Source: Okamejei kenojei (Eukaryota). Taken from it: 64,000 nt of DNA. The position numbers were made by a program, and so were the translations under genes. The notes beneath the pieces are model-generated. The model did no database searches, was not told where the DNA came from, and saw only the letters and a list, made by a program, of their open reading frames with translations. Where the stretch lies: positions 15,500,001-15,564,000 of the forward strand of contig CM069164.1 in the NCBI GenBank assembly GCA_035221665.1, given 5' to 3'. Of this stretch, positions 26,201 through 56,970 are shown piece by piece. Every line of letters starts with the position of its first letter. The stretch's first letter is position 1.

Positions 26201-29064
26201 CGTTGTTCAAATATCAAAGGAAGCGATTGTTTGTCAATTTCTATGGTCATTATAGTGACAGTTGGGCTCCGGTGATCAGGTTGAACTTGAGATCATGGTG
26301 TCTCGTCACTGCTGGAAGGCTACTACATGGAAGCATTTTTGTCTGCTTGCAAATTTCCAAACTAACTGTAGTTCCCAACCTGAAGGGCCCGTTTCTGTGC
26401 AGTATGAAGCAATAATGAAAACAGAACAGTACAGAAGAGCCAGGGGTGTAGGAAGCACAGGCAGAACAGGGGCAGAGGGACAGGAGCAGAGGCTGTATGT
26501 GTAGGGAACTAGTGGTACTTCCCCAACTCTACCCCCACTCTATATCTCTTCGTCTCACCACACAGATCAAACTCCCCACCATTGACTACAACTGCATTTC
26601 ATGCTGCTTCGGGAAAGCAGCCAACTTAACTAAAGACCTTTCCTACCCGGGCCATTCCTTCCGCTCCCCGCTCCCATCGGAAGAAGAAACAGAAGCTTAA
26701 AAGCGCGCATCAGTAGAATCAGGAATGCATTCTTTCCCTCTGTTATCAGGCTTCTGAATGGTTCTTGCATAAGTTGGGGGACCGTCCGATTCTCTCTACC
26801 TCATTGTGTCCATTGGACTTTGTCTCTGAAATTCAGCGCTAAAATATTGAGAACGACAAGATCTGCATTTTGTTTCTGTCCCGATCTATGTACTTGAATT
26901 TAGTTTACTTCTATTTATGTATAGTATGATCTGATTTGACTGCATAGCATGCTAAACATAACTTTACACATGAAAGTAATAAATCTAAACCGAACGTTGT
27001 TTGTATCGGGCAGTTGTGCATCATCGGGGGAAGCATCTTTCTGAAAGCAATGAACGTTGAGGGCAAACCTTAACTACCTGAATACGGACTTCCAGAAGGG
27101 TCTTGACAAAGTCGCAATACGTGGTGTAAAATGAATATTGAAAGCATGTACATGAGGTCAACAAAATATTACACAATCTTTGTAAATGCTTATGGGAAAG
27201 TGAATAGTGTCCCTCCCCCACCCTTTCCAGATCACAGTCACAGTCATCGGTAGCCACAGTCACCCGTAAATGAACCCACTACATCCAATATGCGACTTTT
27301 TATGATCATGGATGACAATCCATTTAACCTCAGTGCAAATTCAAATGAAGGTTCCTGCTCCTGCCTTCTGCTGTCACTTTCAATGCTGCTACTGTTGGAG
27401 TCTGGCCTCGGGTAACTCCATTCCCACCTGGGAAATGAAAAGTTTCCATTGACGGTGCCACGGTAGACTCACGAGTCACTAAGGTAAACGCACGGGCCAC
27501 TACGTTATTACAACGAGTTTAAATGTTTCTATTTTTAACTTGAACAGTTAATTTGACTCGTGTTTGATTTTTGATTTGAAACATGTTTGATTTTTTTCAC
27601 GAGTTAACAAGTTTCCCGAGTACCTGCCGTTAGCGCCACGAGTCGCTAAGTTGCTCGTGCGAGTTCCGACGTTCCCGCTACGTGATCACCACGAGTGAAA
27701 ACTCGGGGTCACTCGTGGGCCAACTCGCACAGTGAGACACGGGTTTGAGTCAGCTGAGTTACTCCAGTACTTTCTTTCTTCTCTTTTTTTTGGGACTTGT
27801 TTTTAATTTGTGTGTAAACTAGCATCTGCAGTTCCTTATTTTGTTTCTACATCTCAATGATTTCAGTGCTGAGCTCCACCCCCAATTTTAATTCTGAGCT
27901 CATTTCAGTTACCAAAGCCCTAAGGTTTAACTCTAAATCTAGCTACGTTCAATTAAGATGATCTTTAAAAGACAAATTTATTGACCAAATTTAGTCATCA
28001 CATGGTGCTTATACTTTGTAACTGGTTGAGGTTTCCTCTAATTGCTACATTTTACTCGCACATTAAATAGACTGTTAACTGCCCACTGTAAATTGCCCCC
28101 TGTACGTAAGTGACTGGTAGACTCAAGGGGAATGGATGGGAGGGGAAGAGATTGGGATAAGTGTAGGGTGGATGTAATTGGGTGATCAATGATTGGCAGA
28201 CTCAGTAGGTCAATGACCCATTTTCGTGTTGTATATCTCTACTTGTTGTGCCTTATTTTCCTCAATATCAAATGTTTGAAATTATTCCTTTGAATCACTT
28301 TCAGAAAATGTACTTCAAAGATACTGTATAAATAAAAGTTATTGTTGTAGTGGGGTTGGTGACAGCTCGGATTTGCCAAAATAGCAACTGTTTCCTTAAA
28401 GCAAGATTTCTAGCCATGGTCTCACATGTACGCGATCAGTTAATGCTGCCCTGTACATGACACAGCCTCGACACAAGTATTATGCACATAGAATCACAAT
28501 CCTCTAAACCGGGGACATAAAAAAGATCTACTACTAGAACGTTAGGATGTTTTCAAATAAACAATCACAGAACAACATTGCACTGAAAGCTTTCGGTCTA
28601 CTGTCAAATAATTACTGAATTTCACCAAGTGTTGGGGGGATCTCAGCGAATTGGCTGTCAGTGCATGTGCAGGGCTATGGACAGCAAAGATACTTTTCTA
28701 TGATCTTTGATGGACAGTCTGAAGACGCTGAATTCTTCCAGTATTTCGTTTTTACACAAGATTCCAGCATCTCCAGGCTGCTTGTGGCTCCAACTATTGA
28801 TTTAATCTCGCGTCTCTTCAAATATTCATCCATGTCTTTCTTTGAATTATACTACTTAATCTTTCCCTCCATCCTTTCATAAAATACATTGCAGACTTGA
28901 CCATAGTAAGTGCGCCACACACCCCGAAGGAGTTCTGCTGCCGATGGTGTTAAAGTTGCACATTCAGATGATAAACACCCATCACTGGAACTGGCAGCCG
29001 TCAACACTCACCCAAGGAGAAAGGAGTGAAAGCTTCGCACCGACTGTAGAACAGCTGAGCCCAT
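118..29064 (-). CDS. ZWILCH: Protein zwilch homolog (RZZ kinetochore complex), partial: coding exons 1-11, continues beyond left edge
   Basis: Exons 29064-29012, 24515-24464, 22372-22277, 21194-21073, 18858-18659, 17066-16987, 13899-13744, 11257-11186, 9870-9777, 7632-7577, 226-118. All have GT-AG boundaries and join in frame. Motifs [29 protein letters not shown] and DLDFAEQLW match vertebrate ZWILCH; head-to-head with RPL4 as in human. Confidence 0.95.
800..1636. mobile_element. Penelope-like element remnant with inverted (fold-back) ends
   Basis: Arms about 830-1050 and 1405-1636 are reverse complements; GIY-YIG-tail peptide [10 protein letters not shown]; flanking duplication CCCCCACAATGCTT (786-799 / 1634-1647). 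Confidence 0.8.
3060..4700 (-). mobile_element. Degraded CR1-like LINE fragments
   Basis: Reverse-complement similarity to the CR1 3' ends at 9960-10615; boundaries approximate. Confidence 0.6.
4715..4995 (+). mobile_element. tRNA-derived SINE, HE1/V-SINE-like
   Basis: B box GGTTCGATCC, central GGAGTTTGCATGTT...GTTTCCTCCCACA domain, (AAACT)n tail. Confidence 0.75.
6401..7438. mobile_element. Non-autonomous DNA transposon with short imperfect TIRs and 7-bp TSD
   Basis: Ends TAATATGTTACAA / TTGTAACATTGCTA; direct repeat CTAAGAG at 6394-6400 and 7439-7445. Confidence 0.72.
7577..7632 (-). CDS. ZWILCH: ZWILCH coding exon 10
   Basis: (D)[18 protein letters not shown]; 56 nt, phase-compatible with neighbours. 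Confidence 0.82.
8060..8493 (-). mobile_element. Non-autonomous Helitron (unit B)
   Basis: 3' CTAG terminus (8060-8063) followed by T on the minus strand, with subterminal hairpin GGGACCC-ATT-GGGTCCC (8071-8087). Confidence 0.7.
8494..9556 (-). mobile_element. Non-autonomous Helitron (unit A) containing a CR1 fragment
   Basis: 5' A^TC at 9557/9556, 3' CTAG^T at 8494, hairpin 8505-8521; CR1-like segment about 8684-8783. Confidence 0.75.
9777..9870 (-). CDS. ZWILCH: ZWILCH coding exon 9
   Basis: [31 protein letters not shown]; 94 nt. Confidence 0.93.
9960..10615 (+). mobile_element. CR1 LINE 3' fragment
   Basis: ORF2 C-terminus: [36 protein letters not shown]. Confidence 0.88.
11186..11257 (-). 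CDS. ZWILCH: ZWILCH coding exon 8
   Basis: [24 protein letters not shown]; 72 nt. Confidence 0.93.
11630..12172 (+). mobile_element. CR1 LINE 3' fragment
   Basis: [23 protein letters not shown] plus 3' UTR tail. Confidence 0.85.
13744..13899 (-). CDS. ZWILCH: ZWILCH coding exon 7
   Basis: [20 protein letters not shown]...SSVATL; 156 nt. Confidence 0.93.
14085..15636 (+). mobile_element. Tc1/mariner transposon (long IR/DR-type TIRs), defective
   Basis: TA then CAGTGGCTTGCAAAAG; about 200-bp TIRs (14085-14297 / 15440-15636, right tip missing). Confidence 0.92.
14466..15433 (+). pseudogene. Tc1 transposase, frameshifted
   Basis: Paired-like HTH N-terminus, ARRKPLL, WSIETK (first Asp lost), [24 protein letters not shown], split over several frames. 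Confidence 0.9.
15637..16410 (+). mobile_element. Old CR1 LINE interrupted by the Tc1 (continues from about 13975-14082)
   Basis: RT motif [29 protein letters not shown]. Confidence 0.75.
16987..17066 (-). CDS. ZWILCH: ZWILCH coding exon 6
   Basis: (G)[26 protein letters not shown]; ttttag acceptor, gtaggt donor. Confidence 0.88.
17440..17848 (+). mobile_element. Degraded CR1 LINE 3' fragment
   Basis: Similarity to 11700-12140. Confidence 0.65.
17882..18023 (-). pseudogene. Decayed partial duplicate of ZWILCH exon 5 (pseudo-exon)
   Basis: Aligns to 18659-18855; encodes LVFWYTLA / [10 protein letters not shown] / [14 protein letters not shown]; internal deletion, TGG>TGA, donor GTGAG retained. 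Confidence 0.85.
18053..18503. mobile_element. hAT-Charlie-like MITE with nested Penelope fold-back
   Basis: TIRs CAGGAGTCGGCAGCCT / AGGTTGCCGAGCCCG; 8-bp TSD TTCTAGTG (18045-18052, 18504-18511). Confidence 0.85.
18659..18858 (-). CDS. ZWILCH: ZWILCH coding exon 5
   Basis: [12 protein letters not shown]...[19 protein letters not shown]...VTCS; 200 nt. Confidence 0.95.
21073..21194 (-). CDS. ZWILCH: ZWILCH coding exon 4
   Basis: SPKENEDD...[14 protein letters not shown]. Confidence 0.9.
22277..22372 (-). CDS. ZWILCH: ZWILCH coding exon 3
   Basis: [32 protein letters not shown]; 96 nt. Confidence 0.9.
23015..23300 (-). mobile_element. HE1/V-SINE-like SINE
   Basis: Reverse-complement similarity to 4715-4995 and 55791-56072. 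Confidence 0.7.
24464..24515 (-). CDS. ZWILCH: ZWILCH coding exon 2
   Basis: [17 protein letters not shown]; 52 nt. Confidence 0.9.
24970..27745. mobile_element. PIF/Harbinger-like non-autonomous element, 2.8 kb, with nested repeats
   Basis: About 45-bp TIRs (..TGTCTCAC.GTGCGAGT...CCCACGAGTGACCCC.AGT), 3-bp TSD TGA (24967-24969 / 27746-27748), subterminal CACGAGT motifs. Confidence 0.8.
29012..29064 (-). CDS. ZWILCH: ZWILCH coding exon 1
   Basis: [17 protein letters not shown]; 53 nt ending at a gtgagt donor in phase 2, matching exon 2. Confidence 0.82.
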
Positions 29065-29547
29065 TCTAAACAAGTATTTGCCTCAAACTCGTACTTTCAT
29101 GGACGAGAAAAGTTTGCATTGCCAAAGAAATGTTCAAATCGCACCCGATCAGCGCGCGCATTCCTCAGTCGCCCAACGTCACGTCCGACATAAGAATCGT
29201 CTTGTTTTAACGGCTATTTTAACGGAATTTTATTTATAAAAATGTTTCTGAACAAAACAAATTACCGCAAAAATAAAACTTAAACATTAATGAATAACTT
29301 ATCTATTCTGTCGTGTATTTTGGAAATGTATACCTGCGCGTAAAGATCGTGCCGACATGGAAAGGAAATAGTGCGAGTCGCATTTTATTCATTTTGCGGA
29401 GAAGCTCGAGTAGTCACGCCATTTCGAATTGACATTTTGCCTGAACTGTTCATTCGAAGCATACTCTTTGCAGTTATACAACTGTTAATGGTTACCGCCA
29501 AGGAAAACTTGGCGGCGGCTTCCATTGAGCGGCACGGCGGTGCGGCG
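29065..29547. promoter_or_regulatory. Bidirectional ZWILCH/RPL4 promoter region
   Basis: CpG-containing stretch between divergent first exons; YY1-like CGCCATTT near 29417 and CGCCATTTT at 29771-29779 in RPL4 intron 1. Confidence 0.7.
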
Positions 29548-29561
29548 TTCTTCCTTTTCCT
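29548..29561 (+). promoter_or_regulatory. TCT/5'TOP oligopyrimidine tract at RPL4 transcription start
   Basis: TTCTTCCTTTTCCT about 50 nt upstream of the RPL4 ATG, typical of ribosomal protein genes. Confidence 0.8.
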
Positions 29562-29606
29562 GCCGAGGTCGCCATCCCGCGCGTGTGGCGCCGAGGAGCT
29601 GCGACA

Positions 29607-39542
<9,936 letters not shown>

Positions 39543-39600
39543 ATGCAAATCCTCTGCTTTACAGGCATGCGTTCTCACGTCACTGTATGGTATCCATCAA

Positions 39601-39606
39601 AATAAA
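39601..39606 (+). terminator. RPL4 polyadenylation signal
   Basis: AATAAA shortly after the stop codon, followed by T-rich sequence. Confidence 0.8.
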
Positions 39607-42600
39607 TCTATTTAAAAATGATTTTCTGCATTGTCCTGTTTCATTAATCTTGTTTACACAAGACATAAGAATGTTTTGCTCTGCACTTGGATTATTTAAT
39701 AAATTATCCTCATTTTGCTCAACAGCACTAGTGAAAATTCAGAATTTCACATGGGGGGGGGGGGGGGGTGGTTGTGGAAACTATCGGATGGAAGTATTTA
39801 GAAGATAGATACCGTATTCAAAATATCAGGGACTTGATGGCTATGGGAACTGGCACAGTAAAGTTGAGATTACATCCTGATTGATTTCTTTCTTTGTCTT
39901 TCAATCTCTGGCCTTTTTCTAACCATCTGCTTATCAAGCGCACCCCCATTATGTGCCAGGCTTTGTTCTGTCCCTCCTCATCTAGCTTTCTTTCTTCCTC
40001 CAGTGCCCATTTCACAAAAAAAAATCACTGTTTACTGAAGGGTATCAATCCATGTTCTCCAGTGACACTACATAACTTTTTTTTACAGGAAAGTTGCAGC
40101 ATGAGGTAGTGGCCATGATATTTAATTGTGATAAATGTGGAGCCAGGTTTTCCTATTTCATTAACACCACACTGATTTGCTTTCTCCATTTTGAGCAGTT
40201 GAGGCCAGAAATTCCTATGAACTGGTGGGGTATTTACTCATTATTGAATTGCTTTGAAGCATGTCCACTGAGCAATCTTATACTGTACCAAAACCTCCAC
40301 TGTGTATTTTAGTTGACACTTAGAAATTAAAGCAGACACTGAAAATCAAGTCAAATTCACAAATAGTTTGGATCAGCAACCTATCAACAAACCCAGAAAA
40401 GTTTGTTTTCCCAAATTAGCTTTCGAAAGCAAGCAGCAAAATCTAGATATTGAAAGAAATGTAAAGATACTAAGAACACTTAATTGCAACATTAGACTTT
40501 AATGGTGAAAACTTTAGCAAGAACACAGGTTGAAGGTTTGAATTGCACACTTGATTCACACCATTTTAGCAGTCAATATTTTCTCACTGATTACACTTGG
40601 TCTAAAAGAAAGATTGTCTGATTTAATGTACTGCACATTTGATCCACAGAGAGCTTCCAATGTCTCATACTGATTTTTTAAATTAAACATCAGTACTAAA
40701 GCTCTTTAAAATACATTAAGATTCATAGCAAAGGAGTGGCAGGGGGCTCAGCAATGTAAAGCAGTTGAGTTGTACCAAATGCACTTGCTTCCTAATGCCA
40801 ATATCAAAATCAAGATTGAAAATAATCTGGAGCATTACGTTACCCATGCACCTTTACACTACTGAGGGCTAGTTGCGCACCAGATAAATAACTGGGCAAG
40901 AACCTGTAGCTATTGAGTGAAGGATGGCCATCTTATGGCTCGAGCAGCTGAATTAATGTACAAGATATCTGCTCACCGACTATAAATGTGCTGTGAGGGC
41001 TATAATAGGAATGTACATTTCTACTTCAATGTTTTGCTTTACAAATGATTGTTAATTGGTTAAAGTACTAACGACTTTGAAATTCACATAGAGTTCCCAT
41101 TTGCTCCACTGTTGGTACACTTTGGATGCTTTTGATGTCATTGGTGAGAACAGTATTCTAAGAATGTCAAACTGGCAGCGTTGAAGTTGGCTTTAACTGT
41201 TAATCCAGACTAATCAAAAGTTTGCCCTCAAGCACTACCAATTTTATTGAAATTATTTCAGGTGATACTCAATTGATATTGCAAGCCCGCGTAACTACAT
41301 TCCATAATGTTTCACAAGTGGGGTCATTGAACAAATTGGAGTAATGGAATTAGAAGCTGTGCTAGATGCACCAGCTATTCTAGAAAGATTAATCTCTGGC
41401 TTTAACTCAACTGAGAAATTAATGAGCAAAAACAAACAGCTGGAGGAACTGTGGGAATGGAAATCAATGTTCTTTGATTTTACAATCCAGCTTGTTGCAA
41501 GCTCAATTTGTTCCATCAACTTCATGGATAGTACAAAATCCACTGCATAGGTACATAACTTGAAACACACAGCAGGTTGTGCCAAAGAAAAGTTAATACC
41601 CAAAACTTAGTGCCTTCGACCAAATGTAAAAATGACTGAGCCCATCTCTTCCTTATTCCAACGTGGTACAGCAGGCATTCAATTCTAATCACTGCTTCTT
41701 ACGTTTTGATAGAACCCTACAGCCTTCTGTACTCAATAAATTACCAGTTTCTGGCCTTAATTATTGATATGGATTCAATTACTGCCATTTATGGTCCACT
41801 AGATTCACTCATAATTATCTCATTCATGCACTGTCGTAATTCTTTTCTCATACTTTTAACACTGCACATGCTTAAAATTTGGTACATACCTCCCAGTGCT
41901 GGTCACAAGTATTGCCGGCATTATCTCAATCCAGAATGTTTTGCCTTTTGCACTGTTCTGCTCCCGATACGAGCAGAATTAAAGCCAGACTTAGTCCTTT
42001 GCTGTAATCGAGTTTGTCTAAAGTACCTTTAGGGCATTGTAGCAATAATTGGGCCAGGCTTCATCTTGAACAGAATAATCTAATTGACCCCACAATGAGA
42101 GAAAGTAAGACAGCAGCAAGAGGATGCAATCGCCCCTCTGAACTGGGCTTTTCTCAAGCATGTGTACAGGCTATGGATCAATTCCTTTTGCTAAGAAATC
42201 AGACAAGAGCTATCATGCCTTAAGCTGTCAGGCAGAAATCCTATCTGTTCTACCTTTGCAGGAATGCCACTGAACTGCTAGAGGTTGGGTGCACCATTTG
42301 GTCTCCAATGCTGCAGTATCACACTCCTCCACCTCCCCAGTTTGTACTGCAAACCCAAAAGGCAAGTGTGGAGGAATTGCAGCTCAATTCAACCCTCTTA
42401 GCTCTCATGGAATTCCTAAGCTTATAGTCAGTCTGGCTGATTTGAAGCAAATGTTGAGATAAGAATCCATCCACCATCCATCGCCTGTCTTTAGAGTTAC
42501 ACTAGCGAGCAGATAACCTGCCACACCTTTGGGAACATGTTGAGTCTTGCAGTGGAAATAAATTAGAATGTGTCACTAAACTCAAGATTCCAGTATCTCT

Positions 42601-43023
42601 ACATGTAGTGCAGTGTATATATTAGTAATTATTCAGAGCGTTCTATAAGTGCCACCTAGGGATCAGCAGACCCTCTCTTCAAAATGATGAGTTATGGGTC
42701 TGCAAGTAGCAAGGCGTTTCCATAATTATCCACAGAGTTTGTGTACAATAGTTTAGTACCATCCCTTTAAAAAGTCAGCTTACCCCAACTCCTTCCCTCA
42801 CGGCACCGACCCCAAAATAAGACCAACTTGCTATCTATTCCCATTAGCAAATACTAAAATTTAAGAAGGGCAGATAAATTTTAACAGACATCATTCCTTT
42901 AAAAATGTAAATACATCTCTTTAAATATATAATGGGATAAAGGGTTATTGATGAGGTAACATCAGCGAAACATCCATCAGTTTGCTGCACAAAGACAACA
43001 GTGGTTTTAGCGGCACAAGTGAT

Positions 43024-54974
<11,951 letters not shown>

Positions 54975-55319
54975 TCAAAACATACCTTTGTTCATTAAAA
55001 TCTGGGCCACAAAATGTTTAAGAACATTTACCACGGTAAAATAATGAGGCAGGGAGCAGAGAATAAAAAAAAGACTAAGAGATTAAAGAGAAATTTGACC
55101 AGATGAAAACAGACAGATCAATAAACTGACAGATAAACCGCTTCAGGGGCTATTGATCTGTGTCAGACTGAATCTGTCCAGCTCAATGAGCCGAGATAAA
55201 GCAGCTGCCACAGGAAATAATCTCCCTCCAATCCTCCATCACTCACTGGGACTTTTTCCTAATTCATAAAATTGTTTCATAAAATAAAACAAGGAAACAG
55301 AAAAAAAGAAAACCACAGG

Positions 55320-55678
55320 GGTTAGGGGTTGGACAGGCTAGATGCAGGAAGATTGTTCCTGTTGTTGGGGAAGTCCAGAACAAGGGGTCAGTTTAAGGAT
55401 AAGGGGGAAGTCTTTTAGGACCGAGATGAGAAAAACATTTTTCATACAGAGAGTGGTGAATCTCTGGAATTCTCTGCCACAGAAGGTAGTTGAGGCCAGT
55501 TAATTGGCTACATTTAAGAGGGAGTTAGATGTGTCCCTTGTGGCTAAAGGGATCAGGGGGTATGGAGAGAAGGCAGGTACAGGAAACTGTTGGATGATCA
55601 GCCATGATCATATTGAATGGCAGCGCAGGCTCGAAGGGCCGAATGGCCTACTCTTGCACCTATTTTCTATGTTTCTAC
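55320..55678 (+). mobile_element. CR1 LINE 3' fragment
   Basis: [16 protein letters not shown] plus tail TTTCTATGTTTCTA. Confidence 0.85.
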
Positions 55679-55790
55679 AAGTGAAAGCGGCAGGCGGCAG
55701 CGGCCAAACAAAGAGAGGAATTAGTTTGTGACAATGAGGTAGAAGAGGCAAAAGAACTTGAAGAAAAAAAATTGGAGGCTGAAAGAGAGA

Positions 55791-56072
55791 GGGGCAGCAC
55801 AGTGGTAGAGATGCTGCCTTACAGCGCCAGAGCCCCCAGTTCGATCCTGACTGCAGGTGCCGTCCGTATGGAGTTTGTACGTTCTGCCTGTGACTGCGAG
55901 GGTTTTCTCCAGGGTCTCCGATTTCCTCCCAAACTCCAAAGATGTACAGGCTTGTAGCTTCTGTAAATTGTCCCTAATGTGTAGGATAGTGTTCATGTGC
56001 GGGATGATGGCCGGTCGGCGCCAACTCAGTGGGTCGAAGGGCCTATTTCCATGCTGTGTCTCTGAAGTCTAA
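55791..56072 (+). mobile_element. HE1/V-SINE-like SINE
   Basis: Same family as 4715-4995; B box AGTTCGATCC. Confidence 0.78.
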
Positions 56073-56689
56073 AGTTGTCTTGGGAGACCTCAAGCGGCCG
56101 AGAGTTGAGATTAGGAATACTCTGCCAGGTGATGATTCAATCCGAACACAGGTTGGATAAACAGCAGAAAATGATGAACTCCCAGGGCTGCAGACTTGTT
56201 GGAAGAGCTGGATGGGATTGATAAGAGATATTGCAACAACAAAAAAGCATAAATCTAATGTGCCTAGTTGCCTCCTGCTGCACCATTTAATTGACAAAAT
56301 AAACAAGTACACTCATGCAGCACCCTTCATCACTGTGGAATGGCCCAAACATCAACCACCGAGATTCTTCCAGGGAACAAGTTCAGCAACGAAACTCGGG
56401 GTCTTAAAAGCAAGGGTTGGGAAAGTGGAGAGTTAAGGTGCAGACTGAGACAGGGAGAGTTCCACACTCTCTGGGGACAAAATGGTTCCCTACATCTCAA
56501 TTTCAGAACAGAGAGAAGTGGAGTGGGGACAGCCAGCAGCAGCAGCAGCAACAGGGCTGTAAGTAACCTAACCAAGAAATGGAGGTTTGAGGACAGTTCC
56601 AAACACAGCACGAGGGAGGCAGACACGCACAAACAGACAAGAAAATAGGAACACAAGGCCATTTGGCCCCTCAAACCTGTGATTGTGCT

Positions 56690-56970
56690 CCAAGCCAACC
56701 CCAAACCAATTAGGAGCAGACAAGGGCATTTGATCCAATTTGTAGTCCCAGCCACAAAGACAGATGTGTACAGCAATTTGTTCTTCCCACGTACTATTAA
56801 AGCATGGAATAATCTCCACCAAACCACGGTTGCCCAGCCAGATGCAACTAAATTTAAAGTGGCACTTTCTTCCCAATAACCCTCTCTGGCTAAACCCCTC
56901 CCTTCACCACCTCCAGTTTAAATTCCAGTTGGAATATTTTGGAGGACCAAGTAACCAAGAACCAACCAAG
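56690..56970 (+). mobile_element. LINE 3' end (CR1/L2-group)
   Basis: ..KTDVYSNLFFPRTIKAWNNL C-terminal motif and ACCAAG-repeat tail. Confidence 0.6.

Noticed and set aside
41344-41550. 68-aa ORF between RPL4 and MAP2K1
   Set aside because: No similarity to SNAPC5 or any family I recognise; no promoter or splice support
42368-42394. VEELQLNST resembling SNAPC5 exon 2 (VEELALQSM)
   Set aside because: No in-phase acceptor, no matching exon 1 or 3; a short match compatible with chance
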